A stretch of DNA of 32,000 nt from Formosa sp. Hel1_33_131 (GTDB taxonomy: Bacteria; Bacteroidota; Bacteroidia; Flavobacteriales; Flavobacteriaceae): assembly GCF_001735745.1 (NCBI RefSeq), contig NZ_CP017260.1, positions 870,001 through 902,000 of the forward strand, written 5' to 3'. Under the pieces are notes generated by a model. The model did no database searches and was not told the DNA's origin. It saw only the letters and a list, made by a program, of their open reading frames with translations. Shown one piece after another: positions 15,672-26,048 of this stretch. The first letter of the stretch is position 1. Every line of letters starts with the position of its first letter. The position numbers and the translations under genes are program-made.

Positions 15672-17042
15672 TTAAATATTTAGGATGAGTTTAGCGATCG
15701 AAAAGTAAATCAGTATTCCAAAAATATCATTGCTCGTTGTGATAAACGGGCCTGTTGCAATCGCAGGGTCAATTCCTTTTTTGTGAAGAAATAACGGAAT
15801 AAAGGTTCCTATAATTCCAGCGACAATAATGACAACCACTAGGGATGAGGAGATTGCTAAAGCGGTGCGCACATCTTGTTTCCAAACCCATACAAAGAAA
15901 AATAAAAACAGGGCTAAAATGACCCCATTTAGGGCGGCTAAAAACATTTCTTTTATAAGACGGTGATTGACACTTCCTCTCACCTCATCATTCGCCAAAC
16001 CTTGCACAATAATCGCAGACGATTGAACACCTACATTCCCTGCCATGGCGGCAATGAGGGGCGTAAATAATAAAATCAAGGGGAAATCATCAATGATGGT
16101 TTCAAATCCACCCATGATGATGGCGGCTCCAACGCCTCCCAAAAGACCTAAAAACAACCATGGCAAGCGCGCACGGGTGAGATCGAGAATACTATCTTCC
16201 GCATCCACATCTTGTATAATACCTGCAGCAAGCTGGTAATCTTTCTCCGCTTCTTCAATAATAACATCGACAATATCATCAATGGTAATACGCCCTAAAA
16301 GGACATTTTCATCGTTGATGACGGGGACGGCTTCTAAATCGTATTTGGCCATTAATTTGGCAACTTCTTCGGCATCTTCATCCAGGTGAACTGAATCTAC
16401 CTTTGGAATATAAATATCTTTTATTTTGGTTTCGTTATCGGCAATCAAAAGGTCTTTGAGCGATAAGCGCCCCATCAGTTTTTCTTCTTTTGAAACCACA
16501 TAAATAGAATGCACCCGCTTGACTTCTTTGGCTTGAGCTCTGATTTTACGTAAACAGCCTGCGACCGTCCAAGTTTCATAAACCTTCACCAGTTCTTTTG
16601 CCATCAGTCCACCCGCAGTATCCTCATCATAAGTCAATAATTCTTGAAGATTCGCAACCAGCTCCTTGTCGTCCATTTGGGCGATTACTTTTCGCTTACG
16701 TTCAGGAGATAAATCGGCCAATAAATCGGCGGCATCATCAGAATCTAGCTCTTGAATTTCTTCAACAATTTCTTTAATCGAAAGATTTTGAAGTACTTTT
16801 TCACGAACATCATCTTCCAATTCTGCTAAAACATCTGCAGTTGTTTCGCTGTCTAAAAGTTTAATGATATAGGTGGCTTGATCTAAATTTAGATCGTCTA
16901 GAATTTCAGCAATATCCGCATAATGTACATCTTGTAATTGCTCCAAAATGGCTTTATCATCCTTCGAATCAATGAGTCCATTAAGGACATCGATTAAGGC
17001 CTCGGTGATCTCAAAAGGGATATGTTCCTTGTTTTCTTCCAA
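15672..17042 (-). CDS. mgtE: Magnesium transporter MgtE
   Basis: 456 aa. N-terminal MgtE_N acidic domain, tandem CBS domains and a C-terminal 5-TM channel (PFITTSNDIFG). It has a TTG start 2 nt after the rsmA stop. Confidence 0.92.
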   Translation of the reverse strand: MEENKEHIPFEITEALIDVLNGLIDSKDDKAILEQLQDVHYADIAEILDDLNLDQATYIIKLLDSETTADVLAELEDDVREKVLQNLSIKEIVEEIQELDSDDAADLLADLSPERKRKVIAQMDDKELVANLQELLTYDEDTAGGLMAKELVKVYETWTVAGCLRKIRAQAKEVKRVHSIYVVSKEEKLMGRLSLKDLLIADNETKIKDIYIPKVDSVHLDEDAEEVAKLMAKYDLEAVPVINDENVLLGRITIDDIVDVIIEEAEKDYQLAAGIIQDVDAEDSILDLTRARLPWLFLGLLGGVGAAIIMGGFETIIDDFPLILLFTPLIAAMAGNVGVQSSAIIVQGLANDEVRGSVNHRLIKEMFLAALNGVILALFLFFFVWVWKQDVRTALAISSSLVVVIIVAGIIGTFIPLFLHKKGIDPAIATGPFITTSNDIFGILIYFSIAKLILNI

Positions 17043-17044
17043 AA

Positions 17045-17827
17045 TTAAATGGGTTGTTGATCGGTTTCTATTGCTAATGTCAATTCTATAAACGCCTGTA
17101 CACTCAGTTGTTCAGGACGCTTGTCAAAGATAGTATTTGCTTTTAAATTATCCGATAAATTATAGGTTTTTAAACTATTTCTCAAGGTTTTACGACGTTG
17201 TTGAAACGCAGATTTGACCACTCTAAAAAATAATTTCTCGTCACAAGGCAAAGAATAGTCTGCTTTTCTTGTCAATCTTAAAACTCCAGACTCCACTTTT
17301 GGTGGGGGAACAAACACCGATGGCGGCACCGTAAATAAATATTCTGCTTCGTAAAATGCCTGTACCAATACGGATAAGATGCCATATACTTTACTGCCTT
17401 CTTTTTCGCAAATGCGCTGTGCCACTTCTTTTTGAAACATCCCTGCAAATTCAGGAACTTGATCTCTATTCTCTAAAGTTTTGAACACAATTTGTGTCGA
17501 AATATTATAGGGGAAATTTCCAATAATCGCAAAAGGACGCGTTCCAAAAACACTGCTAAAATCGTACTTCAAAACATTTTCTTGAATGATTCGAGGGGCT
17601 AAATTCAAGAAATTTGCTTGTAGGTATTCTACCGATTCTGGATCAATTTCAATCGCATAGGTGGTGATTGGTTTCTTTAAAATATACTTGGTCAAGACGC
17701 CCATTCCAGGCCCTATTTCCAAAACATCTTTATACCCCTCCAACGTTAAAGCATCGGCAATTTGCTGCGCGATCATTTCATCGTTAAGAAAGTGTTGTCC
17801 TAAGTGTTTTTTTGGTTTTACGATCAT
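17045..17827 (-). CDS. rsmA: 16S rRNA (adenine1518/1519-N6)-dimethyltransferase
   Basis: [12 protein letters not shown] motif VLEIGPGMG, and GNFPYNIST. Confidence 0.93.
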   Translation of the reverse strand: MIVKPKKHLGQHFLNDEMIAQQIADALTLEGYKDVLEIGPGMGVLTKYILKKPITTYAIEIDPESVEYLQANFLNLAPRIIQENVLKYDFSSVFGTRPFAIIGNFPYNISTQIVFKTLENRDQVPEFAGMFQKEVAQRICEKEGSKVYGILSVLVQAFYEAEYLFTVPPSVFVPPPKVESGVLRLTRKADYSLPCDEKLFFRVVKSAFQQRRKTLRNSLKTYNLSDNLKANTIFDKRPEQLSVQAFIELTLAIETDQQPI

Positions 17828-18151
17828 TTAGTGCGTGCTTACAGTATATTCATCAATCCATTCTAATTCCGTTCTAAAGGCTAACATTTTATCTCCAAAC
17901 TTCTGCAATCCTTCCGCTTGAAAATCAGCTGCATACTGTTCGTGATACGATTCCAAAGCTTCTTTTGAGTGGGCTAAATACTGAATTGAATAGGTCAATC
18001 CCCCCATAGATTCTTCGACCAAAACTTTTGTAAACGTTGCTTTTAAAAAGAATCCAGTCGCCAGTACTTTTGGAATGTGTTCCTTGATCCACAACAACCA
18101 TTCTTCATGAATGCTGTCCTCAATATTGGCGGTTACGTTGTAAATTATCAT
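17828..18151 (-). CDS. DUF4286 family protein
   Basis: 107 aa. It abuts rsmA with zero spacing, a conserved neighbourhood in Flavobacteriia. Confidence 0.55.
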   Translation of the reverse strand: MIIYNVTANIEDSIHEEWLLWIKEHIPKVLATGFFLKATFTKVLVEESMGGLTYSIQYLAHSKEALESYHEQYAADFQAEGLQKFGDKMLAFRTELEWIDEYTVSTH

Positions 18152-18168
18152 TGGTTAATTTGTTGTCA

Positions 18169-19950
18169 TTAATTGAGTGTATCCCCTCTTAGGATGCGGT
18201 ACTGCTTTCGAGCTTCTACAAAATGAATACTATCTTCGTGGTTAAAGATAATGGTTTCATAATTAAGCTTTGCTTTCTCTGTTTGCAGGAGCTTCGTTCT
18301 GTATAATTCCGCAAGGAAAAAATAAGCGTCGTCCACCAGAATATCGTCTTTGTAATCTGTTATAATTCTCAAGTAATTTACCTCTGCTTTGGCAAACTCT
18401 TTTTGCGCCTCGTATAATTGCGCTTGTACTAATAAAGTTTGATCGATAATAGGATCTGTTTTATGATTCTCAAGAATGGACTCTAAAACCTCAAGGGCTT
18501 CAGTTGGTTTCTTTTGAATCCTTAACAATTCTGCTTTGGCATAGAGCTTTAAGGCGGTATGAAGCGAGTCGCTCCCTTTGTGGTCAGAAATCAAAAGTTG
18601 CAGATCCAAAGCATCGTTTGCCGTCAGTTGAGAGGTAGACGATTTTAGTACTTTTAGTTGTGTTTCTGCCCAGTCAAAATCGCCTTTATAATAACTTGTT
18701 TTAGCGGCTTTAAAACGGGCTTCCTGAGACAATATGCTGTTTTTAACCCGCATCTGAATTTGGGTATAATAAATCAGTGCTTGGTTGAATTTGTTTTGCG
18801 TCACTAAAATATCTGCGAGTTTCATTTTTAATTCTGAAGACGCCAGGTCTGTTAAATTTGCTTTTAAAGCTGTTTTTAAAAATGCGATTGCAGCCTCCGA
18901 ATTTTGATCGTAAAAGGCTAAAAACTCTGCGTAAGACAATTGCAATTGGACTGTTTCAACGCCTAATTTATAGGTTTCTAACAAGGCTTCATACCCCTCT
19001 TTGATCGCCTTATAATCACTGGGTTGAGACAATTGCAATTGAAGCTCCAAACGGCTGCAATTGGCTTGAATACGCAAGCGTGTGTCTTTCGCATTTTGAA
19101 TGATAAACTCAAAAATACCCAGTGCGACTTCATTTGACTGTGCTTCTTGTGCTGCAAGTGCCAAATTGATCAATCCTTGTAAAGATTCTGGCGTACGTCT
19201 ATAGACGGCTTTCTCCTGAGTAAATGCTTTTTTAAAATCTTTTTGTTGTACATACAGCCAACTCAACCATTGGTTCCAAAGCGGGTTGGGTTTGGATTGT
19301 AATTTTTTAAGTAATACATTTTTAAACAGTTGATTGTAGGGCTGAGTGGCATCTTCTGAAATGTATTCTGTGAGCAAGCGCATGACTTGGTTGATGTAGG
19401 GCGGGCTTGTTTCGACATAGTCCAGATACCGCTCCATCATTTTTTCAATGTTTTGTTGGGTGGCGTATAAGCCTGCCAATTGGTAATAAAAAGCCGTATT
19501 GGGCACGTTTTTTAATCCGAGTTCATACGCCTGAATTGCATAATCAATCAATGAATGGATTTCAAAACGCTGGGCAACGACATAGACATAATTGGGTTGG
19601 ATTTCAATGCTCTGCACTGCTTTTTCATAATATACTTCCGCCTCTGTCAATTGATTCTGAAGTTGATAATTGTACCCCAACTCCACAAAATACTGTGGGT
19701 TGTTAGAACGTTTTATTTGGATTTCAATCTCTTTTTGAGCGGCTGTGTACTGACTGAGTTGCTGATGGCATTCAATCACTTTAAGGGCATAATAGGAATT
19801 GGTACGTTGATTAACGAGTAGTTTTTGGTACAGCGATACTGCCTTTTCAAAGTCTCCTTTTTCAAAGTAATCTTTGGCCAATCCCGGGTCGACCTGAGCC
19901 GATGCGAGGAAGCAAAACATACTAAAAAAAAGAATTCTTATCGATTTCAT
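18169..19950 (-). CDS. Secreted TPR-repeat protein
   Basis: Signal peptide MKSIRILFFSMFCFLASAQ from the internal ATG at 19950. The track's start at 20004 overlaps serS. Repeated TPR-like helices run throughout. Confidence 0.7.
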   Translation of the reverse strand: MKSIRILFFSMFCFLASAQVDPGLAKDYFEKGDFEKAVSLYQKLLVNQRTNSYYALKVIECHQQLSQYTAAQKEIEIQIKRSNNPQYFVELGYNYQLQNQLTEAEVYYEKAVQSIEIQPNYVYVVAQRFEIHSLIDYAIQAYELGLKNVPNTAFYYQLAGLYATQQNIEKMMERYLDYVETSPPYINQVMRLLTEYISEDATQPYNQLFKNVLLKKLQSKPNPLWNQWLSWLYVQQKDFKKAFTQEKAVYRRTPESLQGLINLALAAQEAQSNEVALGIFEFIIQNAKDTRLRIQANCSRLELQLQLSQPSDYKAIKEGYEALLETYKLGVETVQLQLSYAEFLAFYDQNSEAAIAFLKTALKANLTDLASSELKMKLADILVTQNKFNQALIYYTQIQMRVKNSILSQEARFKAAKTSYYKGDFDWAETQLKVLKSSTSQLTANDALDLQLLISDHKGSDSLHTALKLYAKAELLRIQKKPTEALEVLESILENHKTDPIIDQTLLVQAQLYEAQKEFAKAEVNYLRIITDYKDDILVDDAYFFLAELYRTKLLQTEKAKLNYETIIFNHEDSIHFVEARKQYRILRGDTLN

Positions 19951-20003
19951 CAAGGTGTTTTTGTAACTGTAATTAAATGCCCAGAACTGAATCGAGGCGG
20001 TCA

Positions 20004-21275
20004 CTAATCAATCATCGCAAACCCTGTGTAAGGTATTAAAGCCTCAGGGATTTGAATGCCTGCATCGGTTTGGTAATTTTCCAATATACCCGCCAATACA
20101 CGCGGCAATGCTAACGAACTTCCGTTCAATGTGTGTGCTAATTCCGATTTTCCTTCGCTGTTTTTGAAACGCAATTTCAATCGATTTGCCTGAAAGGTTT
20201 CAAAATTTGAGATGGAAGAAATTTCCAACCAACGGTCTTGAGCGGTTGAAAAGACTTCAAAATCATAGGTCAATGCGGCGGTAAATCCTAAATCGCCTGC
20301 ACAAAGTTTCAAAATACGGTAAGGTAATTTTAATTCTTCTAAAATAGACTTGACATGTTCCACCATTCCATCAAGGGCTTCATAGGATTTAGAAGGGTGT
20401 TCCACACGAAGGATCTCTACTTTATCAAATTGGTGCAAACGATTCAATCCTCGAACGTGGGCGCCATAACTTCCTGCTTCTCTACGAAAACAAGGGGTAT
20501 AGGCGGTCAATGTTTTTGGGAGATCGCTTTCTTGCAATAAAACATCTCTAAAAATATTGGTGGCTGGTACTTCGGCGGTTGGAATCAAATATAAATCATC
20601 GGCGGTCACATGGTACATTTGCCCTTCTTTATCTGGCAATTGACCGGTTCCAAAGCCAGAGGCTTCGTTGACCAAGTGCGGCACTTGAATTTCGTCATAA
20701 CCAGCTGCGGTGTTTTTATCTAAAAAATAATTAATTAAAGCACGTTGTAAACGGGCGCCTTTTCCTTTATAAACAGGAAAGCCAGCCCCCGTGATTTTGT
20801 TTCCCAATTCAAAATCAATAATGTCGTATTTTTTTGCCAGTTCCCAATGGGGCACTGCATTTTCAGAGAGGGTTGGGATGGTACCTGCCTGAAATATTTC
20901 TTCGTTATCCTCCTCAGTAGTTCCCACAGGAACAATCGGATTTGGAAGGTTGGGTATTTTATATAACAGGGTTTGGAGCGCTTCGGCTGTGGTATTCAAC
21001 TCCTCAGAAAGTACAACTTTGGCGTCTTTTAGTTCTGCTGTTTTCTGTTTGGACTCGTTTGCCTTTTGGGCTTGTCCAGATTTAAACAACTCCCCTATTT
21101 CTTTGGAAAGGACGTTCAGCTCCGAAGAAATTGTATCCACTTGTGTTTGAAGCCCTCTACGAGATTCGTCCAATTTGATCACTTCATCGATGAGCGACTT
21201 GGCCTCATTTGTACGTTTGCTTAAACGTTCGATGACTTCCGCTTGGTGCTCTCTTATATAGGATACTTGTAACAT
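20004..21275 (-). CDS. serS: Serine--tRNA ligase
   Basis: 423 aa. N-terminal coiled-coil arm and class II aaRS motifs (FRREAGS, GSSLALPR). Confidence 0.95.
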   Translation of the reverse strand: MLQVSYIREHQAEVIERLSKRTNEAKSLIDEVIKLDESRRGLQTQVDTISSELNVLSKEIGELFKSGQAQKANESKQKTAELKDAKVVLSEELNTTAEALQTLLYKIPNLPNPIVPVGTTEEDNEEIFQAGTIPTLSENAVPHWELAKKYDIIDFELGNKITGAGFPVYKGKGARLQRALINYFLDKNTAAGYDEIQVPHLVNEASGFGTGQLPDKEGQMYHVTADDLYLIPTAEVPATNIFRDVLLQESDLPKTLTAYTPCFRREAGSYGAHVRGLNRLHQFDKVEILRVEHPSKSYEALDGMVEHVKSILEELKLPYRILKLCAGDLGFTAALTYDFEVFSTAQDRWLEISSISNFETFQANRLKLRFKNSEGKSELAHTLNGSSLALPRVLAGILENYQTDAGIQIPEALIPYTGFAMID

Positions 21276-21345
21276 GGCTCATATTTTAAGAAGCAAATTT
21301 AATCATTTAGAATAAAACAAGAATTGGTTTTAGGTCTAAATTGAA

Positions 21346-22284
21346 TTAGTTTTTTGTGAGCAGGGCGATTTTGGCAAAAGCAGCCTGTTGATCTTGTTCC
21401 AATTGTGCTTTTAAAGCCTCCAGTCCAGAGAATTTAATTTCATCTCTAATCCGATCTAGAAACTGAATGTTAAGAGATGTTCCGTAGAGGGTTTGATTGA
21501 AATTAAAAAAGAAGACTTCTACAGAAAGTTCGTTGGCATCACTGACTGTCGGGTTGGTTCCGATGTTGAGCATTCCATAGACCAATTTGGTGTCAATGAT
21601 GGATTGTACGAGATACACTCCTTTTTTGGGAATGAGTTTATAGGATTCTTCTATTTTTAAATTGGCGGTCGGAAACTGAATGGTTTTCCCCAAGCCTTTT
21701 CCTTTAATCACCGTTCCGTTGAGCATGAAGTTATACCCCAAAAATTGATTGGCAACTTTAATCGCACCTTGGTCTAATGCGGTTCTTATTTTGGTGGAGC
21801 TGACTGCCACATCTCCGACTTCTTGTGCACTAATTTCGGTGACTTTGAATCCGTAAAAGGCCCCAAATTCTTTGAGGTCTTTGATATTGGCGGTGCGGTT
21901 TCGACCAAAATGATGGTCGTATCCCACAATAATGTGTTTTACATGCAGCTTATTGACCAACACATCGCGTACATATTCAAGAGAAGTTAATCTTGAAAAA
22001 TCTTTTGTGAAGGCTTTGACGACTAAATGATCGACACCTAAATCTTGAATTAAATCAGCTTTCTCGTCAATCGTATTGATGAGTTTTATGGAGGTATCTT
22101 TTTGAACCACCATTCGAGGGTGCGGAAAAAAGGTCAATACCAACGCTTGCAATTGTTCGGTTTGGGCAATAGCAACGAGGCGTTTGATGATTTTTTGATG
22201 CCCAATGTGCACGCCGTCAAATGTGCCAATAGTGACAACAGAGTCTTTTATTTGATCGTAATCGGCGGCAGATTTAATTTTCAA
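21346..22284 (-). CDS. ribF: Bifunctional riboflavin kinase / FMN adenylyltransferase
   Basis: TIGTFDGVHIGHQ, a PTANL block and a riboflavin kinase C-terminus. Confidence 0.93.
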   Translation of the reverse strand: MKIKSAADYDQIKDSVVTIGTFDGVHIGHQKIIKRLVAIAQTEQLQALVLTFFPHPRMVVQKDTSIKLINTIDEKADLIQDLGVDHLVVKAFTKDFSRLTSLEYVRDVLVNKLHVKHIIVGYDHHFGRNRTANIKDLKEFGAFYGFKVTEISAQEVGDVAVSSTKIRTALDQGAIKVANQFLGYNFMLNGTVIKGKGLGKTIQFPTANLKIEESYKLIPKKGVYLVQSIIDTKLVYGMLNIGTNPTVSDANELSVEVFFFNFNQTLYGTSLNIQFLDRIRDEIKFSGLEALKAQLEQDQQAAFAKIALLTKN

Positions 22285-22428
22285 CAGCTAGTTTTTGAAT
22301 TGGAAAAATAAAGTACGAAGATAAAAAAAGGACGTCATTTTAAGCGCATTCACTTTTGTTTTTTTTAAGTGTGAATTGTTTTCTGGTATTTTTCATATTC
22401 GTTAAATATTGAAAATTACTATTTTGAG

Positions 22429-22449
22429 AAGCTGAAACGAGTTCAGCTT
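22429..22449. repeat. REP-like 8-bp hairpin AAGCTGAA-ACGAG-TTCAGCTT followed by GACA
   Basis: Perfect stem. It resembles the CTGAAAC..GTTCAG..TGACA palindromic intergenic element family common in Bacteroidota genomes. Only a single copy occurs in this window. Confidence 0.4.
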
Positions 22450-22490
22450 GACAAGAAACAGATTTCTCATACCAATATCTATTAAACATA

Positions 22491-22518
22491 AAAAAGGAGC
22501 CAAATGACTCCTTTTTTT
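22491..22518 (-). terminator. Rho-independent terminator downstream of the M43 protease gene
   Basis: AAAAAGGAG / CTCCTTTTT stem with an 8-nt loop, flanked by A/T runs on both sides, so it could act in both directions. Confidence 0.7.
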
Positions 22519-22538
22519 ATGATGTTATTTTAAGTGAT

Positions 22539-24542
22539 TTAGTTCTTAATAAATGGCAAAGAAATGGATGCATTGTCTGTTGCTATTTTAATGAAATACA
22601 TCCCCTTACTTAGGCTAGAAGTATTCACAGCTAAATCGTTGAGTTCTCCAATAGATTGTTGAAGAACAATTTGACCTAACATATTATAAACCTTATACGT
22701 ATCAGGTAAGCTGTTTGAAGCGCCTACTTTGATGTAAAGCACGTTTGTTGCTGGATTTGGATAGAGCGTAATTTTGCGGTCCAATAAATAATTTTCAGTA
22801 CCCAGTGTGTTTACGGTTGTGAAGGAAACACTTTCTTGAGCTCCAAATTCTCCACCGGTCGCAATGACATTTGAATTACTGTCTGTTAGTGTGTAGCTGC
22901 CCGCTCCCCAACCACAACATATACCATCACCCTCAGAATCATAAATTGTAAAAGAGTAACATCCTCCTGTAGGGACATCAAAGGTGTGATTGTAAGTGGT
23001 TTCATTACCATATACATTTATTTCTCCTGAGTATAAAATGGTATCATTACTGTCTTTAAAATCCCACGATGTTTCGTCTCCATATTCATCGGTCAATAAT
23101 GTCAGGTTCACAGTAGCCGTGTCAACAAAGACAGTGAATGCAGTAGAGACCACTGTATTATCAACTGTGTTTTCATCTGTGAATCCATTTGGACTTAATA
23201 ATTCTACTACTAATGTATGACTGCCTCCAGAAACATTCATCGTAGGAAGCGTGACGGTATCACTTTGGTTTTGGAATAGAAATCCACTCCAAGACTGTGT
23301 GGCTGCAGTGTCCTCGTCTATTGCGTAACTGATCACAGCAGAGGTTAAGGTTGTAGTTCCATTATTAGTCACAACCACTGTTGGCGCAAATGTTGTTGCG
23401 CAGTCCACAAGGTTTAAATTGTCTAGTTCTATGGCCCCATCAATCTCATATACAATGGCTGGCGAACAGACTGTTGAAGCGCCGAGTTCCATACGTCTTG
23501 GCGAGTTGGCTAAAACGGCTTGAATCCTTGTTTTTTGGTCTGCCGTAAAGGTGTCCATACAAGCATCATTTGTGTAGTCCATATAGTTTTCAACCATATC
23601 AGCTCCCAAACCATCCGAAGGACAAGAGTCTACCGTTGGACATCCCCCATTAGAAGTTGTAGCATCTGGGGTATCTGCACAAAAATCGTCATTGGAACAG
23701 TTTCCAGAATCGCCCCAAATATGTCTCAAGCCGAACCAGTGCCCTAGTTCGTGTGTCAAGGTTCTTCCTAATCCATAACTACCACCTAGGGGATTTGGAC
23801 TCGCAACAGAACCTACTGAGGAGGACAAAATAACTACTCCATCTGTGTTTGCTGGTTCAGGGGGGAAGTTTAGGCCTGACAACCCTGAGCTAACAGGGAA
23901 TTGAGCATACCCTAAAAGAGGACTTTCTAAGTTAGCCAACCAAATATTCAAATAACGGGTTGGATCCCATTGCGTTGCTGGTTTTATTGTGTTTTCGAAA
24001 TCTGACATTGAGAAAGGTCCGTCATCATAATCTGTAATTCTATTGATTCCTGGTTCAAACATGGTCACTTCGGTCTCGTTTTGTTGTGCTAAGCAAAACC
24101 GTACCTCTGTATCTGTAGCGACTGTGTAAGAACTGCCTGCACCATTGCCAAAATCTAAATTTAATTGATCTATTTGTGCTTGAATGACAGCCTCGGACAG
24201 GTTCTCATTCCCAACTTCATCGGTTAAAATATGAAATACCACTGGTAGTGTCGTTATAATAGAAACACCATTGGATCTTTGCGCTTTAACCGCTTCAACC
24301 TTTGGTGCTAACCAGCTTTCAAATTCTGCGTTTGTAGCCCGTTCTGGATATAATGCTTTAAGGTATTGTTCGTACTCAACGGATGCACATCGAATAACGC
24401 CCGATTCGTCAAGACTTTTAATGTTGGCATCGGTGAGTTCCTGACCAAATAAAGTCTGGGTGTTTGTACTTGTTTGAGCAAAAGAAATAGCGGTTGTAGA
24501 CATTAAAGCCATTAAAATGACTTTTAAAGTGATTTTTTTCAT
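22539..24542 (-). CDS. M43 (pappalysin/cytophagalysin-like) zinc metalloprotease with a T9SS C-terminal sorting domain
   Basis: Signal peptide, zinc motif HELGHWFGLRHIWGD, a Cys-rich region, and C-terminal LYPNPATNVLYIKV...GMYFIKI (T9SS type A CTD). Confidence 0.85.
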   Translation of the reverse strand: MKKITLKVILMALMSTTAISFAQTSTNTQTLFGQELTDANIKSLDESGVIRCASVEYEQYLKALYPERATNAEFESWLAPKVEAVKAQRSNGVSIITTLPVVFHILTDEVGNENLSEAVIQAQIDQLNLDFGNGAGSSYTVATDTEVRFCLAQQNETEVTMFEPGINRITDYDDGPFSMSDFENTIKPATQWDPTRYLNIWLANLESPLLGYAQFPVSSGLSGLNFPPEPANTDGVVILSSSVGSVASPNPLGGSYGLGRTLTHELGHWFGLRHIWGDSGNCSNDDFCADTPDATTSNGGCPTVDSCPSDGLGADMVENYMDYTNDACMDTFTADQKTRIQAVLANSPRRMELGASTVCSPAIVYEIDGAIELDNLNLVDCATTFAPTVVVTNNGTTTLTSAVISYAIDEDTAATQSWSGFLFQNQSDTVTLPTMNVSGGSHTLVVELLSPNGFTDENTVDNTVVSTAFTVFVDTATVNLTLLTDEYGDETSWDFKDSNDTILYSGEINVYGNETTYNHTFDVPTGGCYSFTIYDSEGDGICCGWGAGSYTLTDSNSNVIATGGEFGAQESVSFTTVNTLGTENYLLDRKITLYPNPATNVLYIKVGASNSLPDTYKVYNMLGQIVLQQSIGELNDLAVNTSSLSKGMYFIKIATDNASISLPFIKN

Positions 24543-24689
24543 TATTAATTTTGTTAAATTGGTTCTTGTAAAACTACAAAAAACAATTCAATAAAATGAA
24601 ACAGGCAATAATTAACCACCTTAGTTGCTCTTAGCATCTGATTATGGAGAATTAGAAGTTAATAGCAAGTCATAAAACGGACTTAAAGA

Positions 24690-25316
24690 TTAGGTGCCGT
24701 TAAAGGTATTCATGGCATTTTGTACACCAGCCATCACAAAACTTTTGATAAATTCGCTGCAGTGTTCCAAACGTTCTTTCAGTTTGTCAGCCTCTTCGTC
24801 CGTCCAGTTTCCAAGTACATAATCTACTTGTCTTCCCTTTGCAAATTCATCACTGATCCCAAAACGAAGTCTGTTGTACTGGGAGGTATTCAGCTTGTCT
24901 TGTAAATCTTTGAGCCCATTATGTCCGCCAGCACTGCCTTTCATTTTAAGACGAAGGGTTCCAAACGGTAAGTTTAAATCGTCTGTAATGACCAATAGGT
25001 TTTCGGGTGGAATGGATTCTTTTTCTAACCAATACTTTACGGCTTTGCCGCTTAGGTTCATATAGGTGTTTGGTTTTAGAAGTAAAAAGGTGCGGCCTTT
25101 AAATTTAAAGCTTGCCAAGTCGCCAAGTTTTTTGGTTTCAAAAATAGCGTCATTGAGCTGCGCAAATTTTTCAACAACCTTAAACCCAATGTTGTGACGG
25201 GTGTTGACATAGTCGGCACCAATATTTCCCAATCCAACAATCAAATATTTTTTTGACATCTCTGCAGCAGTGTTTGTATTGGTTTTATTTTTAAAGAACC
25301 ATTTAAATACGTTCAT
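24690..25316 (-). CDS. pth: Peptidyl-tRNA hydrolase
   Basis: LIVGLGNIG...TRHNIGF, GGHNGLK. The track's start at 25340 lies inside the rplY terminator stem, so ATG at 25316 is used. ATG at 25259 (MSKKYLIVGLGN) is an equally plausible start. Confidence 0.88.
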   Translation of the reverse strand: MNVFKWFFKNKTNTNTAAEMSKKYLIVGLGNIGADYVNTRHNIGFKVVEKFAQLNDAIFETKKLGDLASFKFKGRTFLLLKPNTYMNLSGKAVKYWLEKESIPPENLLVITDDLNLPFGTLRLKMKGSAGGHNGLKDLQDKLNTSQYNRLRFGISDEFAKGRQVDYVLGNWTDEEADKLKERLEHCSEFIKSFVMAGVQNAMNTFNGT

Positions 25317-25324
25317 AGTGTGTA

Positions 25325-25361
25325 AAAATAAAAAAAGCATTCTGAATAACAGAATGCTTTT
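25325..25361 (-). terminator. Rho-independent terminator downstream of rplY
   Basis: GCATTCTG (25337-25344) / CAGAATGC (25350-25357) stem with a 5-nt loop, followed on the minus strand by a T-run. Confidence 0.75.
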
Positions 25362-25388
25362 GTAAATAATGATTTAAAAGGAAACGAT

Positions 25389-26024
25389 TTAAGCGTCTGC
25401 TGGTGCAGCACCTTCCGCTGGAGCAGCTGCTTCCGCACCTTCTTCTCCTCCTTCTTCTTCTTCTTCTTCTTCATCGATAGAAACTCTAGAACGTTTCACT
25501 TGACAAACAACAGTGTTGTCTGGGTGTAAAAATTTATAAGCATCGTTTGCTAATTCGGCAACCGTAAGCTTTCCACCAATTTTAAGTGGCGTTATGTCGG
25601 CCTCAATAAAATCTGGCAAGTTTGTTGGCAACGCTTTCACTCTTAGTTTACGTTTGTTTCTTCGTAAAGATCCACCATTGGCAACCCCTAAAGATTTTCC
25701 TAAGATATGTACTGGAATGTCCATAGCGATTTCTTTATCGTCAAATAATTGATAAAAATCGATGTGTAAAATGCGGTCTGTTACAGGGTGAAATTGAATG
25801 TCCTGTAGCACTGCATTTAAAGTCTCACTTCCTAAAGCAATCACAACTGTATGTGCATTTGGTGTGTATACTAGTTTAGAGAATGCCAATTCTTCTGCTG
25901 AGAAGTGTACTGGGTTGTCTCCTCCGTATAATACGCAAGGCACGTGTCCAGCATTACGTAAGGCTTGAGTTGGTTTCTTGCCTACGCTTTCTCTTTTCGA
26001 TCCGTTAATTGTAATTGATTTCAT
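25389..26024 (-). CDS. rplY: 50S ribosomal protein L25 / general stress protein Ctc
   Basis: 211 aa. L25/Ctc N-terminal and beta-barrel domains, plus an acidic low-complexity tail ([21 protein letters not shown]). Confidence 0.92.
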   Translation of the reverse strand: MKSITINGSKRESVGKKPTQALRNAGHVPCVLYGGDNPVHFSAEELAFSKLVYTPNAHTVVIALGSETLNAVLQDIQFHPVTDRILHIDFYQLFDDKEIAMDIPVHILGKSLGVANGGSLRRNKRKLRVKALPTNLPDFIEADITPLKIGGKLTVAELANDAYKFLHPDNTVVCQVKRSRVSIDEEEEEEEGGEEGAEAAAPAEGAAPADA

Positions 26025-26048
26025 TTTATTTATTTGTTATTTAATTGA

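Noticed and set aside
17042-18151. Zero- and 2-nt gene junctions in DUF4286-rsmA-mgtE as something unusual
   Set aside because: Tight packing of this conserved operon is ordinary translational coupling. Nothing else is anomalous.
25441-25475. (CTT)n / (GAA)n microsatellite-like run
   Set aside because: It encodes the poly-Glu stretch of the acidic C-terminal tail of L25/Ctc. It is in frame and consistent with low-complexity coding sequence rather than a regulatory repeat. Length variation between strains is possible but unremarkable.
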